Positions 12,108 through 25,160 are shown, numbered from the stretch's first letter. The stretch: 51,991 bases of DNA from Paraphysomonas bandaiensis (GCA_965644295.1 CBFFRP010000643.1:1-51991); one strand, 5' to 3'. Made by a program: numbers and translations. The notes: generated from the sequence alone by a model not told the origin.

Positions 12108-13067
12108 ATTCGATGATACATCTTTTACTCGATAGCGAGGTAGTTTTACTTGCACGTGTCATCTATTTATTTATCTTGTCCCAATTTCCTATTTGCTCTC
12201 ACTTGGTGTGAAAGTTGTATACATTGTATATTAGATTCCATTCGATTAGAGTGCTTTCGGTAGGAAAATCGTTCCGAATGCGCAAAAGAAAAGTACCATC
12301 ACCCGCAGGAAGAATCCATTTCAAAATTTTACATGATGAACAGATCGGGGCCTTCTATTATATATTACTGGAATATTATTACTATAGTGATGTGCAATAA
12401 AGTTTGCATAATTAGCTTAAATGTATGTATATTCTGTTGTTTGGAGTTTTGGTCTTGGAGTATTACAGCCACTTGTGGTAATCTTGTATTCCAGTAAAAC
12501 TTGCTACTTTCCTTGCACTGCGTGAATTTACACTTACCATTGGCCATAGATGTCTAGCATACATAAGTGTTGATGTTATTAGGCGTTGCCGGTTGCCGGT
12601 AAAGTACGTCAGCATTTACTATGGCTGAAGAACAATTAAATATATTGACTGAGTCACCATTTCTAGTTACGCACCACTTCCGAATACAACTAATTTAGTA
12701 TGCACCTAATTCAGGTGAAAAGTAAGAGCCGTTGGAAAGTGCAGTTAAGCATAATTCATAGAAATTGAGATTAAATACGACTGGGCTAAAGTACTGGCCC
12801 ACAACTGTCTACGTCCAGTGAAAGTACATCCACAGAGTGTCTTTTACTACAAGTTAGAAAAACAAGATACCATTCCGAAATAGATCTTAACAATGTCAAT
12901 CAGCTTGTAGATAAACTGCCTCTTGACTGTTGACTCAACTGCCAATACATACAGATAGATGATAGATACACAGTCAACCCAGTCATATCATTCAATATAT
13001 TCCTTATGATATAACATTATTCTTAAATTAGTAGATAATAACTTTTACTAACTTCTATATTTCACTG

Positions 13068-13685
13068 ATGGGTGCTCGTATATCACTCCTTTGGAATATT
13101 AATTCAGCTACAGCACTTGATGTGATATATTTCTTAAAACAAACTGTAAGAGTATATATAATCTATTGGTTATATTATTTATTTTATTTAATATATATGG
13201 GAATAACTCAAGGAGGATTGAATATATTATTAACTATGTTTATTGTAGTTATGATGCTAGTATTCACATGTTATATTGTATTGTTCAGAAAATTGTGTTA
13301 TCTTGAGTCATCAAATGCAACTCTACTGCAACAAACAATGATTGTGACAACGTTACTTATATTACTTGTGCCGCTTTTTCCTGTGTATTACTTTGTTACA
13401 CACAGGACAGCGAATCCTACTTTGATTGCTGCCTTACTGTACAATATAGTCTTAGAATTAACGTTATGTTCTACAATATATTTGTTGCGACAGTTGAAAC
13501 TCAAACTCCAAGACGAAGAAAATAAATTGACGGCTAATCTTCTCGGTCTCACTTATTCACAGTACCCCCATCCTGTTGTATATGACTCTCGTCCTACTTC
13601 TTCCACTGATAATCCTTGTGTATGCGACGCACAGTCAACTCCTATTGAATATGGTCCTCATGACAATGGAAACTATGATAGCTGA
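13068..13685 (+). CDS. Hypothetical 205-aa membrane protein, copy 2 (identical protein)
   Basis: Identical translation; one synonymous TTA/TTG difference seen. Confidence 0.7.
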   Translation: MGARISLLWNINSATALDVIYFLKQTVRVYIIYWLYYLFYLIYMGITQGGLNILLTMFIVVMMLVFTCYIVLFRKLCYLESSNATLLQQTMIVTTLLILLVPLFPVYYFVTHRTANPTLIAALLYNIVLELTLCSTIYLLRQLKLKLQDEENKLTANLLGLTYSQYPHPVVYDSRPTSSTDNPCVCDAQSTPIEYGPHDNGNYDS

Positions 13686-14505
13686 ATTCGATGATACATC
13701 TTTTACTCGATAGCGAGGTAGTTTTACTTGCACGTGTCATCTATTTATTTATCTTGTCCCAATTTCCTATTTGCTCTCACTTGGTGTGAAAGTTGTATAC
13801 ATTGTATATTAGATTCCATTCGATTAGAGTGCTTTCGGTAGGAAAATCGTTCCGAATGCGCAAAAGAAAAGTACCATCACCCGCAGGAAGAATCCATTTC
13901 AAAATTTTACATGATGAACAGATCGGGGCCTTCTATTATATATTACTGGAATATTATTACTATAGTGATGTGCAATAAAGTTTGCATAATTAGCTTAAAT
14001 GTATGTATATTCTGTTGTTTGGAGTTTTGGTCTTGGAGTATTACAGCCACTTGTGGTAATCTTGTATTCCAGTAAAACTTGCTACTTTCCTTGCACTGCG
14101 TGAATTTACACTTACCATTGGCCATAGATGTCTAGCATACATAAGTGTTGATGTTATTAGGCGTTGCCGGTTGCCGGTAAAGTACGTCAGCATTTACTAT
14201 GGCTGAAGAACAATTCAATATATTGACTGAGTCACCATTTCTAGTTACGCACCACTTCCGAATACAACTAATTTAGTATGCACCTAATTCAGGTGAAAAG
14301 TAAGAGCCGTTGGAAAGTGCAGTTAAGCATAATTCATAGAAATTGAGATTAAATACGACTGGGCTAAAGTACTGGCCCACAACTGTCTACGTCCAGTGAA
14401 AGTACATCCACAGAGTGTCTTTTACTACAAGTTAGAAAAACAAGATACCATTCCGAAATAGATCTTAACAATGTCAATCAGCTTGTACTGAAGCTGCTAT
14501 TTCGA

Positions 14506-16391
14506 CTATATCTCATCCATGTCATCCTCCATTTCCTTAATCAGCTCTTCTATAGTTTTTTCGTCTTCTCCTTTGGCCTTTCCCTTACTGGCGATCTCTT
14601 TCTTGTAGGCATCTGGGGGGTATCTCATTGACTTCACAGCCTCGTTATGAACATCTAGACAAAATACAATCCTACGATGGAATGCCTTCTGTGGCTCTTC
14701 CGTGGAGTATACGTCCACGATTTCGTTACTGACCAATACCCCTGCCTCGTGATCAAGAGTGGCCTCAATCACTCCATCCCTGAACACAGAATAAATCATA
14801 GTGTCATTTAAACTGACTATAGAGAAATTATCGTAGAGAAAAGTATATGTGTTCATAAAAAAGTCTCAATACGTGGCATATCATGCAGACACTCACTTAA
14901 TTGCCCTGGCACATATAAACTCCGCCGCCTTAGGAGAGGAGAGCTGAAGTTTCTCTGCAATATCGGCAAGAGAAATGCGCGAGTAGGACACTGAAATCTT
15001 GCGCAGACCCGTCTTGAGCACATTATGTCCAAGACGACGGATCAGAGAGTAGTTCTTATCGGCTTTAAAAACCTCACCATGGGTTTGCATTACCTGAATA
15101 TATGTTGTCAACGATTAACGTTCTATAGTGAAGAACTTAGTTGTGTGTATGATAGCTACGATCTCATAATATATAATATAGCATGCCAGAAACAATTAAC
15201 GAAAAAACGTAATATGATGTTTAACATCCAGACCTTGGCAAACTCATGCAGATCGCCTGCCCTAACTGCCTGGGTAAGAGCCAGGTACGGCAACAGTGCC
15301 ACTCTAAACTCGGGGATATTAAACCCACCCCTCTCAGGAATATCTCCCATAAGCAATTGAACGATAACAGAGAGTTTGTGGACTGTCAAAGCGAACCCCC
15401 GGGCAGTATCTTGAGGAGCTTTGCGGGCTGCCATTGTGAGGCGCAAATAGGCATCGGAGTACTCCAACTGCACAGCTTGTATGCGTCCCATGGCATAAAG
15501 GTATCGACAAAATTGGTTATTGGAGGCGGACTCCGGAAACGTAGTTTTCGAGGCTAGGGTTTGAGCTTGTTCTACCAAGTTGTAGTGAAGGTAGTTTCGC
15601 AGGAGAAGGTTCAAAAGTACAGCCTGTCCCATCTCATCGTGATGCAAGCAGCAAGTGCGGTATAGACCCAAGAGTGTAGCACGAATATTTTCAAGGCGAC
15701 TACAGATAACGCAAAGGATAAGAACAGGAACAATTATTGCAGGTGGACTTACTCGATCCTTTCAAATGCCAGGGAGAAGTAGAAGAATGCCTTCGACGCA
15801 AATAAATCTAAGGTCCTTCTGCTAAAGGACTTGATGCGGTCTATCAAAACCATAGAACTCTGCGCAGCAGGCTCGTTCAACCCATGGCGTAACATGGTAG
15901 TGATCACCAAAGTAAAAAGGTACACCTAAAGGAGATAAGGAAAATATATTACATAGAATTGTATTATACCTCTACTTCAGGAATAATATCCAATACCGGG
16001 ACTGTCTCATCATTAAAATGAGAATCATCATCATTAACATAATTTGATGTTGAAGGAATCTGATTAATAGACTCTTGCATTGCTTTATAAGATGGACAAT
16101 GTACAGGTATATAACGAGACAGGGCGGTATGAAGAAGTTCCTTTGTAACCCCACGACGAATTAATGCATTTTGACGAATTGCTCTTTGTAATAATCGTGG
16201 TTGACTTAGTTCAACTCCTCTGTTAATATATGATATAGTCTTTGAAATATCTGATCATTTAATATATAATTATATAGATATGTATGTATATGTATGTATA
16301 TACCGGCTATAGTTATTCCAGTGTGAAGGACTCCTTTATTGTTATCCACTATCATGGTAGTGTCAGATTCATCTGTTATCATTGCTTCCAT
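14506..16391 (-). CDS. RPN3: 26S proteasome regulatory subunit RPN3/PSMD3 (multi-exon)
   Basis: [36 protein letters not shown] domain [27 protein letters not shown], and C-terminal [33 protein letters not shown]. Confidence 0.96.
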
Positions 16392-16775
16392 TAAATAGTC
16401 TAGTAAGATTAAGTGATTAGAAGTTATATATATATGAGCATAGAGTACTTCTATATATCATACTTATATATATATGAGCCTATATATACCTTATATACTG
16501 CTGTGTATGTATTGATACTCCTACGGAAACATTCATACACAGCATGCATGACATAATGCAGTATAATGACACTTGCAGAAAATCGGGGTTTTATCCGGAA
16601 AATTTTGGGAAATACTGCGGTACACAATACTATCTCCTTCCTAAAATTGACCTTTTCCCGAAATCCTGCTATTTCTATATACCATGCGTACTCTGTAAGC
16701 AGTAGCTGGGCATCAAGTGAAAGCTTTAAGACATATATTTATGTTCTACACTTGTTTGCTTGTGTAGATATTCGC

Positions 16776-16855
16776 CTGTTAATGAGCCGTAATTTAAGTT
16801 ATCAAACCAGTAAATATAACCCGGTTTGATAACCAAAATTACGGCTCACTAACAG
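16776..16855. repeat. 80-bp hairpin (33-bp arms, 14-nt loop)
   Basis: CTGTTAATGAGCCGTAATTTAAGTTATCAAACC / GGTTTGATAACCAAAATTACGGCTCACTAACAG, 3 mismatches. Confidence 0.85.
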
Positions 16856-17104
16856 TATATTATTATAAGTGTTAATATATCTAAGCTATCAACCCTACTA
16901 GCATAAAGTGCTGTACATAGACATTAAGGAGCTGTACATAACTATTACATGCACATAAATCTCTTCATTCTTCACCGCAATTAATAATTTCTGTACCTTG
17001 CCTATGAACAGTACTTAAAAAATTGCTAGTATTACCATGACAAAATCTAGTAATATATTAATATATCAGTACTTACGTTATGTTCTCCTCGTATAGATAT
17101 ATAT

Positions 17105-17981
17105 TGAAAGTCTTATTATTTAGCAATAGGCGTTTAAAACTTGCACCAATGTAGTGGCTAGTTGAATGCTAGACATACTATTTAGACCTCTACCCATAAC
17201 TAATCAGTACAAATTCTATTATCCTACTATTTAGCGCTACAGAAGCTGCTTGTGCGTCGCCGCAAGCACCAAGGTGCGACCACTTCCGTTCTTAATGTTG
17301 ATTGTGAGTTTCGCCATGATCGTGTGTCCTAGGACTCACTGGCGCGTGTTATCAGGGGGTCTCCCCTTGGGATGAGATTCCACCAGGCTCTGAGGCACAG
17401 GATTCTGTATTAAGGTCCTGAGTGTACCGAGTGCTAGATGTGTGTGCTGAGAAGTGGGTGATAAGGTGGAATGTGGCGTTGTCTCAGTGCACCGTTCGGG
17501 CCTCAGGCATAGGCAGAGTTGGCGGAAACGGCGACGTTGTCGAGGACCTGAAGGTTTCATGCGGGACGGTGATATGTTCCTGTGTGTATGAGTGGTGGGG
17601 TTCGTGTGTACGGTGGGCGGTGGTCCAGTCTCGGGTCGCCTGCGGACTCCTAGTAATCGTAGCACCTTGGGCGTTTCCATTGCTGTCTACGCTTTTGACG
17701 CGGTCGCGGGAGTAGCCTAGGGGGTCCTTTCTGTAGGGTAACGTATCGTCTACTTCGATCTTGGATCATTAGCTTCGCTGCAGCGAAAAGCGGTAGAAGC
17801 AATCTGATTACCGCTGATTCGATGTTGCGCAGACCTTGAGGTGTTAGGGCTCATGAATGTGATCTCCGAAAACCATCTCGAGTTGTGCAGTGGTGATGGT
17901 GCCTGTCCAAATCTCTCCACCTGCTGGAAGGATGGGCTCCAGACCGTGCTGAAGAGCCGCTGTAGCGAATTGGTGGTCTAA
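17105..17981 (-). mobile_element. 5'-truncated non-LTR retrotransposon fragment (ORF C-terminus plus 3' UTR)
   Basis: 13-bp TSD TATAGATATATAT (17092-17104, 17982-17994); GC-rich frameshifted coding remnant (GGEIWTGTIT...LLLPLFAAAKLMIQDR); 3' 185 bp repeated elsewhere in the window. No RT motif is present, so the class is inferred. Confidence 0.7.
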
Positions 17982-18928
17982 TATAGATATATATACCCCA
18001 ACGTTTTAGCTGGGTTGATTCCTAGTACCTAGTACATATTGACTTGAGAGTAGCGGTGGATATAAATAGTTGAAAAGTATTAGTCTACTTAGGAATTTGA
18101 GTTTGGTTCAGTAGTTGTTTCTAAAGTAAAAGATAGACTCAACAATCATGATTTCTACTTTTAGGTAGCAATATTTTCTGTAGGTCGTCGTTACTTAATC
18201 TGTATAACAAGGAGTTGAAGGATGTATAATGTATATTGCATATCATACTGTCATAGGTATAACATTCCACCTTCCACCACTTGTAATGTTTACAAATCCG
18301 TAATAACTTCGATACGGTGCGTTGCACTCCTCAATTTTAGAGACACAGTGAATGTGAGGCGATTGAGTCGATTATTTTTGCATTATTTCGCCCGTTATAT
18401 ATCCACAACTTTTATCACGCTATACTACGACATGAAATGGAGTCAAGAAGTACGTATATTACGGTTTACTAGACTACATTATGCATCAAAGAATTGTATA
18501 CCTACGACAGGCACCCCATATTGAAGGACTATTACTTCCGCACTCAATTCCCACAAGCACATCAGAACAAAGCGTATCCCGTTTATTCAGTCGTCTATAT
18601 ATACACACACAACATTCGGAGCTCTTCACACAGTACTAACCATTCCACACATGATGTCATATTATCGCGCCATTATTTCTACGCCGTTAAGGCATGAGTA
18701 CATCATCACACACAGTAGTCTTCCTCCACTTCGATTGGAGGTTGATACGATAACTCAGGATCATTTTCTGCGTGTTTGATATCTCGTTTGTGAAGCACTT
18801 TGACCTGAAGCCAATGTTTTGCGTTGCCTGTGATACGATTGAACAGTTAGTATTTAAACCGTGTAAGCCAGGCAGGGACGGATGCATGTCAATAAAATAC
18901 ACATAGTGTCTTGAACATATCTGGGATA

Positions 18929-20185
18929 TTAATATCCCGCACATACATTTACACCACCACATATGAACTTACTCAATGCATGATGTGAGCCGTGCTTGTG
19001 GTGGCCAGATTCATGGTGAGCTTCCTCGTCAAACTGTTCTTGGGAAAGGGCAATACCACGGGAATTCCTAGTACTTTCTTTTTCGAAACGCTTCTTCGGA
19101 ACACTTTGTGACTGGGCTTTGCTTGATTTGGAAACTAGTTCGGAGGAAAACTTCATATCGTTCGAATTCCTATCAGCCACATCACACCCGGCGTCTACGC
19201 TGGAAGTCGACGAGTGTCTTTCAAATTCCAGGTAGTCAGAAGGTCGACGCATGGCCATCGGTCTTTCATCTGTAAGCCAGACCTTTAATCCGTCGTCATT
19301 CTCATCACTTGGGGGCACTGGGGGGAGAGAAGGATCCCTAAAAGAATTTTGTTGGTGATTTTGGGCTTGGGGAGTGTTAGGGGAACTGTGACTGGCAGAT
19401 GACGCAGATGAGGAGGCCATTGGGGGTTTGTTCTTCACGCTGTCATTGGAAGACATCGTTAAACTGTCTTGTGAATCAGACTGACCGACACGTACTGGCG
19501 AAGAAAAATCTGCAGTGGCCGTAATAGAACCACTTAGACTAGTTTCTGTACTGGTATCAACAGACATTTTCGATTGCCCATGAGGATGAGATAACTGAGA
19601 CAAACGAGACTTGGCAGCTCGGCCAATTTGTCCTAATTTTCCTTTAACTTCAGCGAGTTGCTTAATTTTACCGATTGAAGAACGCTTGGAGCTATTCTTC
19701 TCAGGTGAGTCTTCAACGTCTACTAGCTCTTGGTCATGTGGAACAGAGGTTGGATCCGTACCGTCATCAACATGAAGATGGCTTGCAATATTATCCAATG
19801 TTTTTTCAAAATCATCTACATCAGATGTACTCTTCCTACTTGAACGGGAAAGATTTGCAGATAGTCGACCAAATACACTCTTTCTTGCACTTCCAGTATC
19901 CTTATCATTCTCCATCCCATCATCTGTACCTCTTCCACCAATAAATGGGGCTTTAATTCTATTGAATTTAGCTGATAATGGTTTTGAATGATTCATTAAT
20001 CCATCTGTATCACCCTTTGTATCACGATGTAAATCATTGACACTCTTTGCCTTACCAATGTATTGATTATTACCATTAGTAGTAACTTGTGGACTTTCAA
20101 GAAAACTTTCTTCATCACCTAAACTAGTGTTTCGTTCTACTTGTTTAAATTCTGATATTAAATTCTTATTAGTTGATTCTGTCAT
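18929..20185 (-). CDS. Hypothetical Ser-rich, probably disordered protein (418 aa; 3' end may be spliced)
   Basis: Long ORF, ATG preceded by an AT-rich leader like the neighbouring genes; no recognisable domain. Confidence 0.75.
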   Translation of the reverse strand: MTESTNKNLISEFKQVERNTSLGDEESFLESPQVTTNGNNQYIGKAKSVNDLHRDTKGDTDGLMNHSKPLSAKFNRIKAPFIGGRGTDDGMENDKDTGSARKSVFGRLSANLSRSSRKSTSDVDDFEKTLDNIASHLHVDDGTDPTSVPHDQELVDVEDSPEKNSSKRSSIGKIKQLAEVKGKLGQIGRAAKSRLSQLSHPHGQSKMSVDTSTETSLSGSITATADFSSPVRVGQSDSQDSLTMSSNDSVKNKPPMASSSASSASHSSPNTPQAQNHQQNSFRDPSLPPVPPSDENDDGLKVWLTDERPMAMRRPSDYLEFERHSSTSSVDAGCDVADRNSNDMKFSSELVSKSSKAQSQSVPKKRFEKESTRNSRGIALSQEQFDEEAHHESGHHKHGSHHALSKFICGGVNVCAGY

Positions 20186-20650
20186 AATCTGATATTAATA
20201 TCTATTCAACTATATTCCTTTCTATCCATATATTTATATATATATGTGTTTACTTGGTTATATATATGTATGATTATATGACTTTATTAACACTGAAAAC
20301 TGACTCAAAGTGATAGTAAAGTGCAAGTGTATGTGGATGTACCATATATAATTTTATGTAGGTATGTAGAGTATGTAGAGTGTGTCGTCAAATATTTGTC
20401 ATCCTACAATATTATGACATCAAAATCAGTATATAGACTGAAAATAGAGGAAATCTGGTAGTAAAATATAGAAACCCAACAAAATATGTTTCCAAAACAA
20501 TAAATCCTACACTTTTATAACAAAATCTCATTGAAGAATCCGCTGTCCCCATATTACGAATAGAGGCTATAGATAACTCAGAGGATCCATATATAAGACC
20601 ACCCGACCTTAACTATACATTTCATATAAAGGTTAATGATGATAAAGCCA

Positions 20651-23600
20651 TACGAGTAGTGATCTGAACTTTTGTGAGGATACCCATTCTGTTTTCATGA
20701 AGCCATATTATATTTATCTAGACTACTATGGATATGTGTTAGTGGTATTACTGTAGTATGTTTGTGTGTTTACGCGGCTGATGATTACGAAAACATACGA
20801 GTAGTGATCTGAACTTTTGTGAGGATACCCATTCTGTTTTCATGAAGCCATATTATATTTATTTAGACTACTATGGATATGTGTTAGTGGTATTACTGTA
20901 GTATGTTTGTGTGTTTACGCGGCTGATGATTACGAAAACATACGAGTAGTGATCTGAACTTTTGTGAGGATACCCATTCTGTTTTCATGAAGCCATATTA
21001 TATTTATCTAGACTACTATGGATATGTGTTAGTGGTATTACTGTAGTATGTTTGTGTGTTTACGCGGCTGATGATTACGAAAACATACGAGTAGTGATCT
21101 GAACTTTTGTGAGGATACCCATTCTGTTTTCATGAAGCCATATTATATTTATCTAGACTACTATGGATATGTGTTAGTGGTATTACTGTAGTATGTTTGT
21201 GTGTTTACGCGGCTGATGATTACGAAAACATACGAGTAGTGATCTGAACTTTTGTGAGGATACCCATTCTGTTTTCATGAAGCCATATTATATTTATCTA
21301 GACTACTATGGATATGTGTTAGTGGTATTACTGTAGTATGTTTGTGTGTTTACGCGGCTGATGATTACGAAAACATACGAGTAGTGATCTGAACTTTTGT
21401 GAGGATACCCATTCTGTTTTCATGAAGCCATATTATATTTATCTAGACTACTATGGATATGTGTTAGTGGTATTACTGTAGTATGTTTGTGTGTTTACGC
21501 GGCTGATGATTACGAAAACATACGAGTAGTGATCTGAACTTTTGTGAGGATACCCATTCTGTTTTCATGAAGCCATATTATATTTATCTAGACTACTATG
21601 GATATGTGTTAGTGGTATTACTGTAGTATGTTTGTGTGTTTACGCGGCTGATGATTACGAAAACATACGAGTAGTGATCTGAACTTTTGTGAGGATACCC
21701 ATTCTGTTTTCATGAAGCCATATTATATTTATCTAGACTACTATGGATATGTGTTAGTGGTATTACTGTAGTATGTTTGTGTGTTTACGCGGCTGATGAT
21801 TACGAAAACATACGAGTAGTGATCTGAACTTTTGTGAGGATACCCATTCTGTTTTCATGAAGCCATATTATATTTATCTAGACTACTATGGATATGTGTT
21901 AGTGGTATTACTGTAGTATGTTTGTGTGTTTACGCGGCTGATGATTACGAAAACATACGAGTAGTGATCTGAACTTTTGTGAGGATACCCATTCTGTTTT
22001 CATGAAGCCATATTATATTTATCTAGACTACTATGGATATGTGTTAGTGGTATTACTGTAGTATGTTTGTGTGTTTACGCGGCTGATGATTACGAAAACA
22101 TACGAGTAGTGATCTGAACTTTTGTGAGGATACCCATTCTGTTTTCATGAAGCCATATTATATTTATCTAGACTACTATGGATATGTGTTAGTGGTATTA
22201 CTGTAGTATGTTTGTGTGTTTACGCGGCTGATGATTACGAAAACATACGAGTAGTGATCTGAACTTTTGTGAGGATACCCATTCTGTTTTCATGAAGCCA
22301 TATTATATTTATCTAGACTACTATGGATATGTGTTAGTGGTATTACTGTAGTATGTTTGTGTGTTTACGCGGCTGATGATTACGAAAACATACGAGTAGT
22401 GATCTGAACTTTTGTGAGGATACCCATTCTGTTTTCATGAAGCCATATTATATTTATCTAGACTACTATGGATATGTGTTAGTGGTATTACTGTAGTATG
22501 TTTGTGTGTTTACGCGGCTGATGATTACGAAAACATACGAGTAGTGATCTGAACTTTTGTGAGGATACCCATTCTGTTTTCATGAAGCCATATTATATTT
22601 ATCTAGACTACTATGGATATGTGTTAGTGGTATTACTGTAGTATGTTTGTGTGTTTACGCGGCTGATGATTACGAAAACATACGAGTAGTGATCTGAACT
22701 TTTGTGAGGATACCCATTCTGTTTTCATGAAGCCATATTATATTTATCTAGACTACTATGGATATGTGTTAGTGGTATTACTGTAGTATGTTTGTGTGTT
22801 TACGCGGCTGATGATTACGAAAACATACGAGTAGTGATCTGAACTTTTGTGAGGATACCCATTCTGTTTTCATGAAGCCATATTATATTTATCTAGACTA
22901 CTATGGATATGTGTTAGTGGTATTACTGTAGTATGTTTGTGTGTTTACGCGGCTGATGATTACGAAAACATACGAGTAGTGATCTGAACTTTTGTGAGGA
23001 TACCCATTCTGTTTTCATGAAGCCATATTATATTTATCTAGACTACTATGGATATGTGTTAGTGGTATTACTGTAGTATGTTTGTGTGTTTACGCGGCTG
23101 ATGATTACGAAAACATACGAGTAGTGATCTGAACTTTTGTGAGGATACCCATTCTGTTTTCATGAAGCCATATTATATTTATCTAGACTACTATGGATAT
23201 GTGTTAGTGGTATTACTGTAGTATGTTTGTGTGTTTACGCGGCTGATGATTACGAAAACATACGAGTAGTGATCTGAACTTTTGTGAGGATACCCATTCT
23301 GTTTTCATGAAGCCATATTATATTTATCTAGACTACTATGGATATGTGTTAGTGGTATTACTGTAGTATGTTTGTGTGTTTACGCGGCTGATGATTACGA
23401 AAACATACGAGTAGTGATCTGAACTTTTGTGAGGATACCCATTCTGTTTTCATGAAGCCATATTATATTTATCTAGACTACTATGGATATGTGTTAGTGG
23501 TATTACTGTAGTATGTTTGTGTGTTTACGCGGCTGATGATTACGAAAACATACGAGTAGTGATCTGAACTTTTGTGAGGATACCCATTCTGTTTTCATGA

Positions 23601-25160
23601 AGCCATATTATATTTATCTAGACTACTATGGATATGTGTTAGTGGTATTACTGTAGTATGTTTGTGTGTTTACGCGGCTGATGATTACGAAAACATACGA
23701 GTAGTGATCTGAACTTTTGTGAGGATACCCATTCTGTTTTCATGAAGCCATATTATATTTATCTAGACTACTATGGATATGTGTTAGTGGTATTACTGTA
23801 GTATGTTTGTGTGTTTACGCGGCTGATGATTACGAAAACATACGAGTAGTGATCTGAACTTTTGTGAGGATACCCATTCTGTTTTCATGAAGCCATATTA
23901 TATTTATCTAGACTACTATGGATATGTGTTAGTGGTATTACTGTAGTATGTTTGTGTGTTTACGCGGCTGATGATTACGAAAACATACGAGTAGTGATCT
24001 GAACTTTTGTGAGGATACCCATTCTGTTTTCATGAAGCCATATTATATTTATCTAGACTACTATGGATATGTGTTAGTGGTATTACTGTAGTATGTTTGT
24101 GTGTTTACGCGGCTGATGATTACGAAAACATACGAGTAGTGATCTGAACTTTTGTGAGGATACCCATTCTGTTTTCATGAAGCCATATTATATTTATCTA
24201 GACTACTATGGATATGTGTTAGTGGTATTACTGTAGTATGTTTGTGTGTTTACGCGGCTGATGATTACGAAAACATACGAGTAGTGATCTGAACTTTTGT
24301 GAGGATACCCATTCTGTTTTCATGAAGCCATATTATATTTATCTAGACTACTATGGATATGTGTTAGTGGTATTACTGTAGTATGTTTGTGTGTTTACGC
24401 GGCTGATGATTACGAAAACATACGAGTAGTGATCTGAACTTTTGTGAGGATACCCATTCTGTTTTCATGAAGCCATATTATATTTATCTAGACTACTATG
24501 GATATGTGTTAGTGGTATTACTGTAGTATGTTTGTGTGTTTACGCGGCTGATGATTACGAAAACATACGAGTAGTGATCTGAACTTTTGTGAGGATACCC
24601 ATTCTGTTTTCATGAAGCCATATTATATTTATCTAGACTACTATGGATATGTGTTAGTGGTATTACTGTAGTATGTTTGTGTGTTTACGCGGCTGATGAT
24701 TACGAAAACATACGAGTAGTGATCTGAACTTTTGTGAGGATACCCATTCTGTTTTCATGAAGCCATATTATATTTATCTAGACTACTATGGATATGTGTT
24801 AGTGGTATTACTGTAGTATGTTTGTGTGTTTACGCGGCTGATGATTACGAAAACATACGAGTAGTGATCTGAACTTTTGTGAGGATACCCATTCTGTTTT
24901 CATGAAGCCATATTATATTTATCTAGACTACTATGGATATGTGTTAGTGGTATTACTGTAGTATGTTTGTGTGTTTACGCGGCTGATGATTACGAAAACA
25001 TACGAGTAGTGATCTGAACTTTTGTGAGGATACCCATTCTGTTTTCATGAAGCCATATTATATTTATCTAGACTACTATGGATATACCCATTCTGTTTTC
25101 ATGAAGCCATATTATATTTATCTAGACTACTATGGATATGTGTTAGTGGTGTTACTGTAG
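20651..25160. repeat. Satellite array: 30 full copies of a 145-bp unit plus a partial unit with an internal duplication
   Basis: Unit TACGAGTAGTGATC...GATTACGAAAACA recurs at 20651+145n up to 25001. Only one substitution seen among full units (copy 2, ATTTAGA vs ATCTAGA). Confidence 0.98.

Larger units (their letters stand above)
11330..14487 (+). repeat. Head-to-tail tandem duplication, 2 x about 1.58 kb (11330-12909 / 12911-14487)
   Basis: Direct comparison: offset 1578, a handful of SNPs and one 3-bp indel. Confidence 0.97.

Noticed and set aside
17304-17339. GTGAGTC...GAAACTCAC helix with a GUC triplet (minus strand) as a hammerhead
   Set aside because: The CUGANGA box is absent.
20651-25160. 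CRISPR array
   Set aside because: Units are identical with no variable spacers; no cas genes; eukaryotic context.
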